A stretch of 63,116 nucleotides of DNA, filler included, from Octopus bimaculoides (taxonomy: Eukaryota), in assembly GCF_001194135.2 (NCBI RefSeq). It is 5 parts of 5 records of this genome, joined end to end, with 100 filler letters (N's around TTAATTAATTAA, not from the genome) between each part and the next. Parts side by side here need not be neighbours in the genome. Positions count along the whole stretch, not along the records: positions 1 to 14,642 come from NC_068985.1; 4 more parts are not named here. One strand, given 5' to 3'. Shown here piece by piece: positions 1-13,382 of this stretch. The notes below the pieces were generated by a model. That model searched no databases. It saw only the letters and a program-made list of their open reading frames with translations, and was not told where the DNA came from. The position numbers and the translations under genes are program-made. Position 1 is the first letter of the stretch; each line of letters begins with the position of its first letter.

Positions 1-77
<77 letters not shown>

Positions 78-140
78 ATGTATATAGATAGATAGAGAGG
101 GGGAGCTAAGACCATGGTCCAAGAGCAAGGTCTAGAAGAT

Positions 141-805
141 AAACATTCTTCTGTATGTTTTATGATAACATGCTTGGCCATTGATATATTCATAAATAAT
201 TAATTGTTTATAATATATCCTCCGTAATTTAGTATTATATTACTTTTTAATTATTTAATTATCCCAGTTCATATCCGGTGATTTTGCGGTGGCTCGAATT
301 TACCGGTCTTTTCTCCTAAACGCTGTGCACGGCATTTGAATTCAAAACTTGAATGCGTAGATAGAGGTTGACACATTTCTCTCACCGGTCGGGATATATA
401 TTAGCCCCAAGCTAAGCTCTTGTATTGATTTCTATCTATGGGAATATTCCCCTGACCGGACGAATGGATCCCTTAACATGTCCCTCACATCGAAATTGCA
501 ATAGGGAATTAACCAGTTATTTTAAAGTTGTCGATGCTATTTGTCATGTCACCAGCAGACAGCTTTTACCGCGAAGAGAAATATGAGTGATAAAAATGGC
601 ATTATAGTTGTTTTTGACTGCTATTTCTAAACATGTAAGGGTTTTGAAACCCTCTTAGTTATAATTGTGACTTGTTCATAATAATAAATATTCTTCTTCT
701 ATATATTTTATGATAACATGTTTGGTCATTGATATATTCAGGAATAATAATTAATTGTTTATAATATATCCTCCGTAATGTATTATTACATTACTTTTTA
801 ATTAT
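141..805 (+). repeat. ~115-bp imperfect direct repeat pair (141-254 and 686-805)
   Basis: Both copies read ...TTTTATGATAACATGyTTGGyCATTGATATATTCA...TAATTAATTGTTTATAATATATCCTCCGTAAT...TTACTTTTTAATTAT. Confidence 0.85.
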
Positions 806-823
806 ATATATATATATATATAT

Positions 824-1021
824 ACATGGTTCCGGGTTCAGTCCCATTGCGTGGAACTTTGGGCAAGTGTCTTCTACTATAGCCTGGGGCCGACCAAAGC
901 CTTGTGAGTGGATTTGGTAGACGGGAACTGGAAGAAGCCCGTCGTATATGTATATGTATATGTATGTGTGTGTATATGTTTGTGTGTCTGTTTGTCCCCC
1001 AGCATCGCTTGACAACTGATG
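824..1021 (+). mobile_element. SINE family B fragment (tRNA-derived, internal microsatellite), cut by N gap
   Basis: B-box-like GGGTTCAGTCCC, then TTTGGGCAAGTGTCTTCTACTATAGCC...GGATTTGGTAGACGG; same sequence recurs at 5416, 22196, 54200 and 58170. Confidence 0.85.
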
Positions 1022-1775
1022 NNNNNNNNNNNNNNNNNNNNNNNNNNNNNNNNNNNNNNNNNNNNNNNNNNNNNNNNNNNNNNNNNNNNNNNNNNNNNNN
1101 NNNNNNNNNNNNNNNNNNNNNNNNNNNNNNNNNNNNNNNNNNNNNNNNNNNNNNNNNNNNNNNNNNNNNNNNNNNNNNNNNNNNNNNNNNNNNNNNNNNN
1201 NNNNNNNNNNNNNNNNNNNNNNNNNNNNNNNNNNNNNNAATGTCCTGGGTGGTAGAAAGATGGGGCGTTTCCAATGTAGCCTCGAACCCGAGTTTCAGGC
1301 TATTTACACTGACTAATATTGAAATTTTACAGGTTTAGAAAATTCTGGTATCACGACAGTAAAACCGTTGTGTGAGTTTAGTGGAGAATAAAATAAATAC
1401 AAATAAGAAAACAATGAAAGACCTTATCACATCTTTAATGATCGGTTACAATTGTCCCTGCACCAACTCTGCTTTCAACGCCAGTACATGCAAAAGTTCC
1501 AAGTAAAAAGATTACGTAATTTTCGCGGTTTTAAACATTGGAGTAGCATTTCTTCAGACTTGCATCAAAGGTGCGCTCTTGCATTGTGTATTTGCCAGAC
1601 CTTGTGTTTTGCTTAAATCGGGAGGAAGCAAAATGTAACTAAAGATGAAAATGTAAACAGGCAGTGAAATGATGAACAGGTAAAGCAAAGAGTCAATACC
1701 ATTGCCCTGTCCAACTGTTCACAGTTTATTTACATTTTCATCTTTCTTTACTTTTTGTTTCCTCCCGATATATCA

Positions 1776-2019
1776 AAACCACAAAGTCTCTTTCACCACA
1801 ACTTTCTCTCAATCTTACTTCCTGTTTCTGTTGTGCCTGTATTTCAAAGGGCCAGCCTTGTCACACTCTGTGCCACGCTGAATCTCCCCGAGAACTATGT
1901 TAAGGGTACACGTGTCTGTGGAGTGCTCAGCCACTTGCAGGTTAATTTCACGAGCAAGCTGTTCTGTTGATCGGATCAACTGGAACCCTCGTCGTCGTAA
2001 GCGACGGAGTGACAACCAA
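1776..2019 (+). mobile_element. 3' half of SINE family C
   Basis: Near-identical to 26277-26490 (ACTTCCTGTTTCTGTTGTGCCTGTA...GGTACACGTGTCTGTGGAGTGCTCA...GACGGAGTG). Confidence 0.9.
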
Positions 2020-4639
2020 TGCATGCATATATGTATATATGCATGCATGTATGTATGTATGTATGTATGTATGTATGCATGTATGTAATACAGATGAAAT
2101 AACGCTAAGCATTTCGCCCGGCGTGCTAACGTNNNNNNNNNNAAAATTATTGTTGCTGTTGTTGCTTGGATGTTTGGAGTCTTCTCTGATCAAGTAGACC
2201 TAGTGTCAAAGTTGATTCAGCTACGCCCGCTCGTTTTCTTTTTTCTATCAGTAATTATACGACTCTTTTAAGACAATAGCATATAATTCAGATTTAACTG
2301 CTGTTTCTAGCATGTTGAGCTACCACGTAGAGGTTCACTTCATTGCTGGTGGGTAAGAGAACTCACAAAAAATTGTATGGGATCCATTTAGCAAGGTTGT
2401 CGACTTGAAATCTGTAGTTGAGACAATTTGGGCGTTTTCAAGTTGTGTTTTGCACAAAGACCTCTTTTCATTCTCTAGTTTCAATCTCTTGGGTAAATTT
2501 CGTTCGGTGACGACGAGCACCTGCCAGTAAGTGACGATGGAAAATCTCCTACAGATGTTGTACGCTGTGCCTTTTGCTGTACAAGCAAGCTGTAGCACAA
2601 CCTTTTGTAAAACTCTTCAGGTGTTGCAAATCAGACACAAATAAAAGTTACGAACATAAAATATAAATAAGAGAGACGGTAACAAAACAAAAAAAACGTA
2701 ACATTCACACAGACACTAATACAAAACTATCGGTATATGCACATGTTTATTGGAGTGAAGAGAAAAGAAACATGTTTTCGAGAGAGAAAATAACAAAAAA
2801 AAACTACAAACAATCACTTTTTCATATGCTGCAGTGCAGTCGAAATCCTTAGAAATTCAAATAAAAAGCTGAGTGACTATAAAATAAGCAGTTATTCAAT
2901 TGAACGAGAACTATTCAGAATCTGCAGAGCAGATAAGTTTATTTTTATTGCAGTATTATTTCTTTTATTCAATCAATTTTCTAATACTTTTCATTTGGTT
3001 TTTACTTCATGCTCATTGCGAACCCATATCAATCCTGTTTGGTCTCAGATTTGCTATTTCTGTTTATTCATCTTTATTATTTTTTTTTCTTCAGTATATG
3101 GAACATTGTGTATTTTTCTTTTCACTCCACTAAAACTTTGTTAAATAGTAAATATGTAGCACCCTTGGCAGTGGCTTGTAATCATTATAGGAATCTCTGT
3201 TGTTCTACTTCATTGTGCGGTAACGAAAGTACATCAAGTGTTGAAGTGTTGATAAAGTAACAACTTCAGAACATGGTGTAACAGTTATTTTTTCACAAGA
3301 ATTAGATACCACAGGGGCTAAAATAGCGCCCAACTAACAAACTTTAACATTATTTTCAATGATTGCAAACAAGTAAGTTTGTCGCTGTTAAATAAAACAA
3401 AACGAAATAAAAGGATAGGTATTTTTTGCAATTATCTTGTGTTTACTCTGCAAAACTTTAAAAATTGATTGGGAAACAGTTGCTATATTAAAGTTTTCGT
3501 GTATTGTACTAAGACAGAAATATTTACAAGAGATACCTTCTGTGTCCAACAACATCGCAGTTCATGTTTCTATTGAAACATTAGTTTTGTAATTCTCATC
3601 GATTCTTTGGAGAATTTTATGCTTGTAAAAGGCTACGAACTAGTATAGATTTAAAGTTGCGGATTATTGTTTACAAACTGAAATTTTATATATATTGATT
3701 AGTCCCAAAGTAGGTTTTGCTTAGAATTGATTCTTGATTGTAATCTCATGGTTTTATAGATGTTCAGTTTGGTTTTCAGAGTCAATAATTAGAATATATG
3801 ATTATGACTATCGACCGTGTTCATTATTCATCTCCCATTTCCGACTGGTGTGTTGTAATCAGCAAATCTCTACGCGGTCCAAATGCACCCGATCACATTC
3901 AAGCAACGGAGAGTAAGAGAGAAGCTGTTATCATGTAAAATTTGCGATGTAGTTTCGACTGCCAGTGAAAACAATTTCGTTTATACTCCTTGAGTTCTTG
4001 GAAAAGACAGGAATGCTACGTACTACCACTAGAGTAACAGCAGAGAATTTGAGAAAAAAAGTATCTTTTATAAATGTTTACTACCTTACAATATCTATAT
4101 CAGCTAAGCAAGAGACCTTCTCTAAATGTATTAAAAACTATAACATATTCAGAACACTATTTCAAAATATTATCTTCGCTTTCTATGAAAATGCAAAGTA
4201 CAAATTAGTGTGGGGTAGAATGAATAAGACAACGTAAGATAAATTTCCTCTTCAATTCTGCAGAATTACATTTGAATAAAGACTCATACACATCAATATT
4301 CATCCTTACTCAGAAAAATCGAAAATGCAACAAAAATTTTAAATATGTAGGTCAAATGAAGAATGGCTCATTATCTGAAATTAACGAAACTCGACTAAAT
4401 TTACAAACACAGCATACCATATACTCAATAGCTTCTTCACGATCTCTTGGAGTGGTCCTCTTCCTCGTAATGCACACAACGCTATTAAAAAGAAGAAATT
4501 GTTGAAATCAGTCATTATTCATTTTGCCCAACTTTAGACATATTTTTTATTGTTATTTTTTTGAAAATTGAAAATGATCAAATTAGACATTAGAGTGGGA
4601 AAAATCAACCTGGAATCCAACACAAAAGAATTCTGATCG

Positions 4640-5340
4640 TTAAACATCAAAAATTGACCCATGCGCTAACGATTCTGCCAACTAAGCGCCTTGGTTTAGC
4701 GTTAAATATCTGTTTCTAATTTTGGCACAAGACCTGAAATATTGGAGAAGTGAACTATTTTATTACATCGCTCCCACCCCAGTGCCCAATTGGTACTTAT
4801 TTTCTCGATCATGTAAGGATGAAAGGCAAATGCGATGTCGCCGGAGTTTGAACTCAGAATATGAACCGGAAGAAACGCCATTAATCACTTTTGTCCAGCA
4901 TGCTAATGATTTTGTCAGTTTGCCACCTTTAAAAATTTGTCAGTGAGAATTATGGTTTCAAATTTTGACACAAGGCCAGCAGTTTCGTGGACGGAAGTAA
5001 GTCGTTTTCATCGACCCCAGTAGTCAACCGGTACTTTATCGAGCCCAAAGGGATGAACGGCAAGGTTGCGTAATTTGAACTCAGACGAAATGTCGCTAAG
5101 CATTTTGCCCGGTGCGGTAACGATTCTTTTCTACTTTAGGCACAAAGCCCGAAATTTTGGGGGAGGGGCCAGTCGATTACATCGATCCCAGTACGCAACT
5201 GGTACTTAATTTATAGATCCCGAAAGGATGAAAGGCAAAGTCGACCTCGGCGGAATTTGAACTCAGAACGTAAAGACAGACGAAATACCGCTAAGCATTT
5301 CCACCCGGCGTGCTAACGCTTCTGCCAGCTCTTCGCCTTA
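4640..5340 (-). mobile_element. Cluster of four same-orientation SINE family A copies (5128-5340 near full length; 4955-5128, 4722-4930 and 4640-4692 older or partial)
   Basis: Repeated GAATTTGAACTCAGAAC (B box, minus strand), GGATGAAAGGCAAAGTCGAC, CTGGTACTTAATTT and ATCGACCCCAGTA blocks; match 57252-57780 and 26820-27035. Confidence 0.9.
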
Positions 5341-5415
5341 TAGGGAGAGTTATACTGATATCACTGTTTGACTGCTAGTAATCTGTAAATCGCAGCGTAA
5401 GATGTAAAACCTTTT

Positions 5416-5860
5416 GGGGATGGCGGTGTGGTAAGAAGCTTACTTCCCAAGAACATGGTTCTGAGTTCAGTCCCACTGCGTGGCTTCTTGGGCAGGTGTA
5501 TTCTACTATAGCTTTAGGCCACCCAAAGCCCTGTGGGTACATTTGGGAGAAGGAAACTAAAAGAAGACCATCGTATGTATGTATTTATCTGTTTGTCTGT
5601 CTGTCTATCTATCTATTTATATACATAGATATGTGTGCGTGTGTGTGTATGTATTTGTATCTGTGTATGTCCCCCACCATTGCTTAACAACCGGTGTTGG
5701 TATGTTTACATCCCCGTAAGTTAGTGGTTCAGCAAAAATGAGCGATAGAGTAAATGACAGGTTTTAAAAACAAAAAAAGTTCTGGGGCTGATTCATTCGA
5801 CTAAAAATTCAGCAAGTCGGTGCTCCAGCAGCGGGGACATAAAAGAGATAAAAAGAGAAA
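5416..5860 (+). mobile_element. SINE family B, near full length
   Basis: Head TGGCGGTGTGGTAAG...GAGTTCAGTCCCACTGCGTGG, central (GT/TA)n tract, 3' AACCGGTGTTGG...GTGCTCCAGCA...AAAGAG. Confidence 0.85.
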
Positions 5861-7265
5861 ATATAAATAATAAAAAAAATGTAAAAAAATATATGAAAAT
5901 TTGGTGCAGATGCTGGATCTCAATATGGACCACGTGACTGCAAAACGAACTTCTTAAAATACTTCGTGCATGTTGCATTGGATATGAGACCAATACATAT
6001 TTGAAGGTTATTAACCCCGTTGCCTGTCCAAAGCATTTTCATGAGTTTGTTCTAAACCTCTATGCTTGTTTCCAGATTTTTACTTACCCTTGTTTCGTAT
6101 GTTCTGAGTAATATAAAGCATTCCTTTCATAAGTCCCAAGTTACTCTGGTGGTCGAAAAACAACTGGGAATGTGTACTATATATGATGCATAGTCACCAG
6201 GGAAATATATATCATATGTGATACACAGGAGAGGTAAAAAAAAAAAAAAGAAAATATTCATTTTTGTCTATTTCAGTGAATATTTTAAAAACTATTTTTC
6301 ATGTTTTCTTGATTATTTTGTTTAAATTAGCAACATTCCTCTTGAAATCTTTATGCATTACATAACAATTGTTTCATAAGATTATTTTTCATGAGATGTA
6401 GGTGGCTAATTAATGTGGAAACTCTACATTAGGAGCTTAATGTATGTGTTCATGGAGTGAATGCATTCTATTCCAACGCAAACGTCACATATTCCCATTT
6501 TCTTCTATAAACATGCGGTTTGATGTCCATACAATAAATCTTTATTTTACCGTTATACATTATTTAACACGAAACGAAGGTGGTGAAATGGTGGGACCGT
6601 TAGCACATCGGCTAAAATGCTTTTTGGCATTTCTTCCAGCTCTGAACCCAAAACTACGTGGCTGCAAAGCGTGCTTGCTAACCACGCAGCCATGCCATTA
6701 GTTTCGAAGTTAGGATTGAAATATAGTTTGCCGGAATCGATTAGACAATTAAAACAGCGCTACAGAATTAAAAATAGATTCAAATCAATGTCCCAATACG
6801 GCGTTAAACCGGGCAAAACTGGCCTTTAGTGAACCTACTATATAGCAAGCATTTGGACTGCGTGTGTACTTGTAAATACATCGAAACCTTAATGCGATGC
6901 TTTCTTGTTCAACAGCCAATGACTCCTGGTGCCTTCTTTATTTTCCCACAAATCTCAAAGATTTCTGGAAGATCGTGGGCGCCACACGTATTTTTTTTTT
7001 TTTTTTGACAAAAACGCTAAAAAGAGATATCTCTAATAACCAAGACAAGATTACTGATGACTATCATATGATAGCATTTCTAGAAGATCACATTAGATTA
7101 GTAAGATGAATGCCTTGTCCGATTGATTGATCCAACAACCGAAATAAGCTGATGGCGCTTCTTTGGTTACCTCACAAAGAACACAGCAGTGACAGCGTAT
7201 CGTGACACTCTCTCTTTATCAAGCAGTTTCTTTTATGGTATGATTATGTTGATATAGGACTTGTA

Positions 7266-7304
<39 letters not shown>

Positions 7305-8057
7305 GATGTAGTAGTAGTTGTTACCATGGCAGTTATTGTTGTGATAGTGGTTGTTGTGTTCGTGGGAGTGGTAACAATAGCGTAAGGTCTTTGCTAAACG
7401 AACATGTAGACATGTATTCTTCATGTCACAGAACAGAACTATGTAATCATACTTACCATTCCGAACAGTTATTTTTCCCCAGAAACAAAAGACAAGACAA
7501 AACAAGCAAAACACAATGCAAAAAAAAAAAATAAAAAAAATTACAAATAAATAAAATAAGATAAAATTTTAAAAATATCCAAACACAAATACAATAGCAA
7601 AAAACAGCAACAATAAAAAAATAACAACAACTCCAAAGGGAAGCCAAACCAAAATAAACTAAACGCGAGAATCATAGAATTTCAAAGCTCAACAAAAATA
7701 ACAGGAGGAGGACCAGCACAAAAAAATAATAATAGCAAGGACAACAAAACATTGTTGATACTCGAAAGAATGTTCAAAGACAAAGACAAAATTACTTGAA
7801 ACTAATGAAAAAAAAAATGGAGAAAAAATACAATTGAGAACTGGAGAACAGAGAAGCAAGGGTAATATTTATATAAGAACATATAAGAGATTGAATGCAG
7901 TCAGGGTTTAGAAATCTCCTAAAACAAGGCGTTACTTTAAATATTTTGTTATTCCTGTTTGATATCTGTTTCACTAGCTGACATTTAAGTGGGAGAATAC
8001 AAACGTTAACAGTGGGAGCCGCGCTCGAGGAATTATCTCTCCAGCATATTATTCGCT

Positions 8058-8522
<465 letters not shown>

Positions 8523-9038
8523 ATATTCGGGAACATAAACATAGCAACACCGGTTAGCCGAGCGTTGTGAGACAAATACAAACACAAAGACGTACTCAGA
8601 TTAGCATACACCCACGTACATACATATGCACCTATATGCTTATGTGTTTATGTGTTTATTTGTTTGAAGTTAACCCTATAGAAAGCTTTTTTCCCTTCGA
8701 TAAAATAACGTAACCTTGTAACAAGTTCTGATAAGGAGTCACTCATTTAGTTCTTACATGTATGAAATCGAATGTCAAATGATAGGGTATGTGGTGGGTT
8801 ATCAGGTAATTTTGTTCGCTTCTTTCCAATAGTATTTGAATTAAGACGCCCGTCACCTACATTCGACGGGCAAACCAAGTGAATCGACCCGACCAGTGAC
8901 GCGTGGCACTTCTTCAATATGACAATGCTCGTGCCATGTCGATAATTTAACCAAAATTCTAGGAAGTTCTGTTGCACCGACAATATTCTTCTGATATTGA
9001 AATTCCAAATTATCACCTTTTTCGTCGTTTTCTAACAG

Positions 9039-9099
9039 TCATCGGAGCGTTTGGAGCAACAACAACGAGGACCTGAAAATATGGCTCACCGAATTCTTA
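9039..9099 (+). CDS. Candidate 61-nt internal exon of an unidentified host gene
   Basis: Acceptor TTTTTCGTCGTTTTCTAACAG| and donor |GTAAGT. Two frames are open (HRSVWSNNNEDLKIWLTEFL or SSERLEQQQRGPENMAHRIL). Sequence is non-repetitive. Protein not recognised. Confidence 0.4.
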
Positions 9100-9204
9100 G
9101 TAAGTAGTCATGAACAACGAAGGAGTATATATTGACTAGATGTTAAAATAAGGATCAAAATAAAAGCAACACAAAAAAACAAACGAACGAATTTATTATT
9201 ATAA

Positions 9205-9413
9205 ATTTAGAGTTCTATATTTAAGAGATGAGGAATTATGTGCATTATTTACAATATTTACATTATTTACATTCAACGGATATTTGTCCTCATCTTGTTT
9301 GTTGTTAACACAACGTTTCGGCTGATATACCCTCCAGCCTTCTTCAGGTGTTTTGGGGAAATTTCGAACCTGGGTTCTCATTCCTAAGGTATTTTTCGAT
9401 GTTGTTGTTGTTG

Positions 9414-9457
<44 letters not shown>

Positions 9458-9622
9458 GTTATTGTTGTTGTTGTTGTTCAGGTCACTGCTTGGAATCGAA
9501 CTCGGAATCTTGGGGTTAGTAGCCCGCGCTCTTAACCACTATGCCATATGCTCGTGGGTATATCCGTTGAAAAATATCCGTTGAATGTAAATAATGTAAA
9601 AAATGTGAATAATGCATATGAA
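9205..9622 (-). mobile_element. Composite non-autonomous element: tRNA-like head + (AAC/AAT)n + PLE-like 3' end with hammerhead, flanked by an inverted copy of its 3' end
   Basis: Minus strand: A box TGGCATAGTGG (9536-9546), B box GAGTTCGATTCC (9492-9503), microsatellite 9401-9477, hammerhead 9307-9352. Region 9235-9285 is inversely repeated at 9572-9622. Confidence 0.7.
9307..9352 (-). ncRNA. Minimal type-I hammerhead ribozyme
   Basis: AACAC-CUGAAGA-A-GGCUG(GAGGGUAUAU)CAGCC-GAAA-CG-UU/GUGUU: 5-bp stem I, 5-bp stem II, palindromic ACGU stem III, GUU cleavage triplet. Confidence 0.8.
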
Positions 9623-11910
9623 TTTACAGAAGTGAATCACCAAGCATCCCTTTTCATCGAAAGGTGTTTTAGAAACGCCCCTTTCGTGTTTGGCAAAAAA
9701 TAAAGTTACTTTAGTCAGACTCAAGTTGACATTCGGCAGTGATTTATTTTCAAAATTAAATAACAATAAAAAAATTAAAAATAGAATTTGAAACAAAATA
9801 TAACTTCAATATCTCTCGAACGTTGTGAGGTAAACACAAAGATTACACACATACATGCATAGACAAGAATGCATACATACATGTATGTATGTATGTATGT
9901 ATGTATGTATGTATGTATGTATGTATGTATGTATGTATGAATGAATGCATATATGCGTGTGCGCATGATGGGCTTGTGCAGAGTTTCCGTTTACCAAATT
10001 CACAAATGAAGCTTTGATTGATCCAGAGCTATAACAGAAGACATTTACCTCAGGTGCCGCAGATTGGATAGGGTCAGTTCTCAAAATAAGGACTTAGGGA
10101 CCTTTCATTTAGGTGGTCGCATGGTTGTATGGATGAAACGTTCGTTTTGCAACCGGGTGGTTTTGGACATGGCGATTTGATGGAGGAATTGAGCTAAAGT
10201 ACAGGACAAACATTTAATCACTATAAGCAAATCACCTGTGCAGGTTGTTCAGCAAGAAGCGGCAAAATCCTCATCTACTGTCCAGCGCAGGAGAGTCCAT
10301 GAGTGGTTGTACAGTAGTCTGTATTCAGTGTCTGAAAACAGATGAGAAGAGGAATCCACCACGTTTAGACACTTCTGAAATGTACACAAATGGAGGCATT
10401 GCTGTTAATTGTTTACTTATAGATATTTGTGAAGTACATCTGTTGGAAGTGAAATCAGGAGCGTGATTTACAGTTGATTACCAACTCATGAGTTGATTCT
10501 TAATTGTAATCGTTTAAGACTGAAATCATTTGACTCATTTGACGCTATGGAGTGACTAGCAACCTAAAACAAATGCGACACATTCCCATCTTAACACGTA
10601 CACACACATCTCTCCCTTTCTATTTTTATTTCTCTATTTCTTTTACTTGTACCAAAAGACAATACCTATGATTTTCGCGGGCCCCCGAAGCGGTGAAACT
10701 AATGTCGTTATGTTCCTCTTGAGCCATTGCAAATCGACGTCATTGAAGGGCTGACGTTCTCGTTNNNNNNNNNNNNNNNNNNNNNNNNNNNNNNNNNNNN
10801 NNNNNNNNNNNNNNNNNNNNNNNNNNNNNNNNNNNNNNNNNNNNNNNNNNNNNNNNNNNNNNNNNNNNNNNNNNNNNNNNNNNNNNNNNNNNNNNNNNNN
10901 NNNNNNNNNNNNNNNNNNNNNNNNNNNNNNNNNNNNNNNNNNNNNNNNNNNNNNNNNNNNNNNNNNNNNNNNNNNNNNNNNNNNNNNNNNNNNNNNNNNN
11001 NNNNNNNNNNNNNNNNNNNNNNNNNNNNNNNNNNNNNNNNNNNNNNNNNNATATACATATACATATATGTATGTATATGTATGTATGTATATACATTATA
11101 TATATATATATATAAACACGTGTCACTTCCCAATTCTAAATCGGCCGCCGTTCCGTCTCTGCTTCTGAAGGGCATAATCGCATTTTGCTTTTCTGACTTG
11201 TTTGTTGTTCACACAGGAGTTTTATTCATTTATTGATTGGTTGCTTTAGTAGTTATTTAATATCTACCTTTTGATTATGTCATTCATATCCTGTTTATCA
11301 ACATCTCTGCCTAGTTCATAATTTTTTATTTTTTTTCTGAAGTCACTAAAAATGCTTCGAATAAATTCGTTGCTTGTATCATCGCTTTCATTGGTCATCT
11401 TTGCTGTTGTTTCTGTGTAATTGTTTTTAAGATCCTACTATTGCAAACTTGTTTTCCTAATATTTTTCTTCGAATAATTCATTTGTCATTTTCTTTACTC
11501 CGCTTGTTTATTGCATAATTACATCCTATTTGTCAAAACTACGTGATCTTTGGCTAAATTTTTAAAAATTCGTTTATCATTTATTTATTTAATAGATGTC
11601 TTTTATCCACCCTTTGCATCATTTGCATCCTGTTTTACTATCGTAATCGTTCTCTTTGCTTCAGAAATTCTTCTATTGAGATAGAGAAAAATAGTTAGCT
11701 TAGAGAAAAGAAATGTTGTGAGTCGTTTTCACATCTTTTTCCCCGCAGAGAGAGAGAGAGAGAGGGAGAGAGCGGAGAGAAAGAGAGNNNNNNNNNNNNN
11801 NNNNNNNNNNNNNNNNNNNNNNNNNNNNNNNNNNNNNNNNNNNNNNNNNNNNNNNNNNNNNNNNNNNNNNNNNNNNNNNNNNNNNNNNNNNNNNNNNNNN
11901 NNNNNNNNNN

Positions 11911-11942
<32 letters not shown>

Positions 11943-12139
11943 TAGTAGTTGATAATTTTTTATCGAATCCTCACAAGGATTAGTGGGAAGTTGACTTCGG
12001 TTGGAGTCGAACTTAGAACGCAAAGAATCGTAACAAATAGCAGTCAGTCTTTTGCTAATCGAACGTTGAATACTCATAAGGCCGCCATCATTTTATGCCT
12101 CAAATCGGTGCAAAATCCGAAATCCAAATCCGAAATATA

Positions 12140-12415
12140 AATCCGGGCAAGGTTGTTTATGGAAGACCAGCAGTCACCCATGCATACCAGTGTCCCCTCT
12201 CCCCGCCACATATGCTATCGAATGGGAAGGCAAAGGGGCCGATACAGCTTGTCGCCAGTGATGTCGCAACTCATTTCTACAGCTGAGTGAACTGGAGCAG
12301 CGTGAAATAAAAATGTCTTGCTCAAGAACACAATATAGAGCCTGATCTGGGAGTCGAACTCACTACCTCATGATTGTGAGCCCGACGCTCTAACCACTGA
12401 GCTATGCACCTTCAC
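12140..12415 (-). mobile_element. SINE family D (tRNA-derived)
   Basis: Minus strand GAAGGTGCATAGCTCAGTGGTTAGAGCGTCGGGCTCACAATCATGAGGTAGTGAGTTCGACTCCC (A and B boxes); body matches 29172 and 50565. Confidence 0.85.
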
Positions 12416-13314
12416 ATCCCCTGTGTATTACAAGTGAAATTCAGAAAAGGCGAGGGTTAAATCGTCATCTGGGTCAAGACGAAAGCACTCTTACGCCAGA
12501 TATTTTTCGACCAGTTCTATGACAACAGCTTTAAAATAAAGAGCTTAATATATATGCATCAGACAAGAGTTGTAAAACTATGGTTAGCGAGTGAAGCATG
12601 TACTCTGATTTCAGTTTCCAGTGGAAAACATTTCCATTCATTTGTGACTTCGTTCATGTTTTTTTAATGATAGTAGCAGCATACGACAAATGAAATAGGT
12701 TCAAGTTGGAATTGAAACAGGTTGCGTGATGAGTAAGAACTTCTACTCTACGGCACCTGTCAATTTGGATCTTAAATAAATATCCCAGTGTTTTAGAGTA
12801 AAACTAAAGGAATAAATGATTCAATACAATGACCGAATAAATACCTTTTGTGCTCAGAATTCTCTTGTTTATCATTGTCATTTCAAACTGGATATGTAAC
12901 TGTAGAAAGAATAAAATAAAAATCTTTGTTTTTCTAATGAAATTCTTTTTGATATATTTCCGTCTGTATGTGTGCAGATGCGTGCGGTATCGTTTGCTTG
13001 ATTCCTTTGAAACAAATGGTTTAAAGGGAACAAAAGAACAAAGCTCTAATGACCCCATTTCATCCAAAATTGTTGAAAAAGTTCACAAAACAAAATGAAC
13101 CCTTAGGATATTTTTTCTGAATGATATCGAAAGCTAAAATTACATGATAGATTTACCACATTTACTTTAAGCGTTACCCAACTTCTTTCCGACCACCAGC
13201 GTGGTAAGGAAGAAATGCTAAACTGATAATGTTTACTTAAAGCTGACATTTTAAAACCACATGTCGTGAGTCTTCGAGGAAACGGTGAGCTTGAGAGAGA
13301 GAAANNNNNNNNNN

Positions 13315-13382
<68 letters not shown>

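Noticed and set aside
1500-1560. CUGAAGA...GAAAAUUACGUAAUC on the minus strand (also partial hits at 7054, 17440, 17717, 25350)
   Set aside because: Stem II or stem I cannot be paired in register, or GAAA is absent.
3300-3372. AG...GTAAGT-flanked segment resembling an exon
   Set aside because: Stop codons in all three frames; could only be a non-coding exon and has no other support.
7452-7500. Minus-strand exon ending at a GTAAGT donor after a long pyrimidine tract
   Set aside because: The tract ends in TG, not AG; no valid acceptor.
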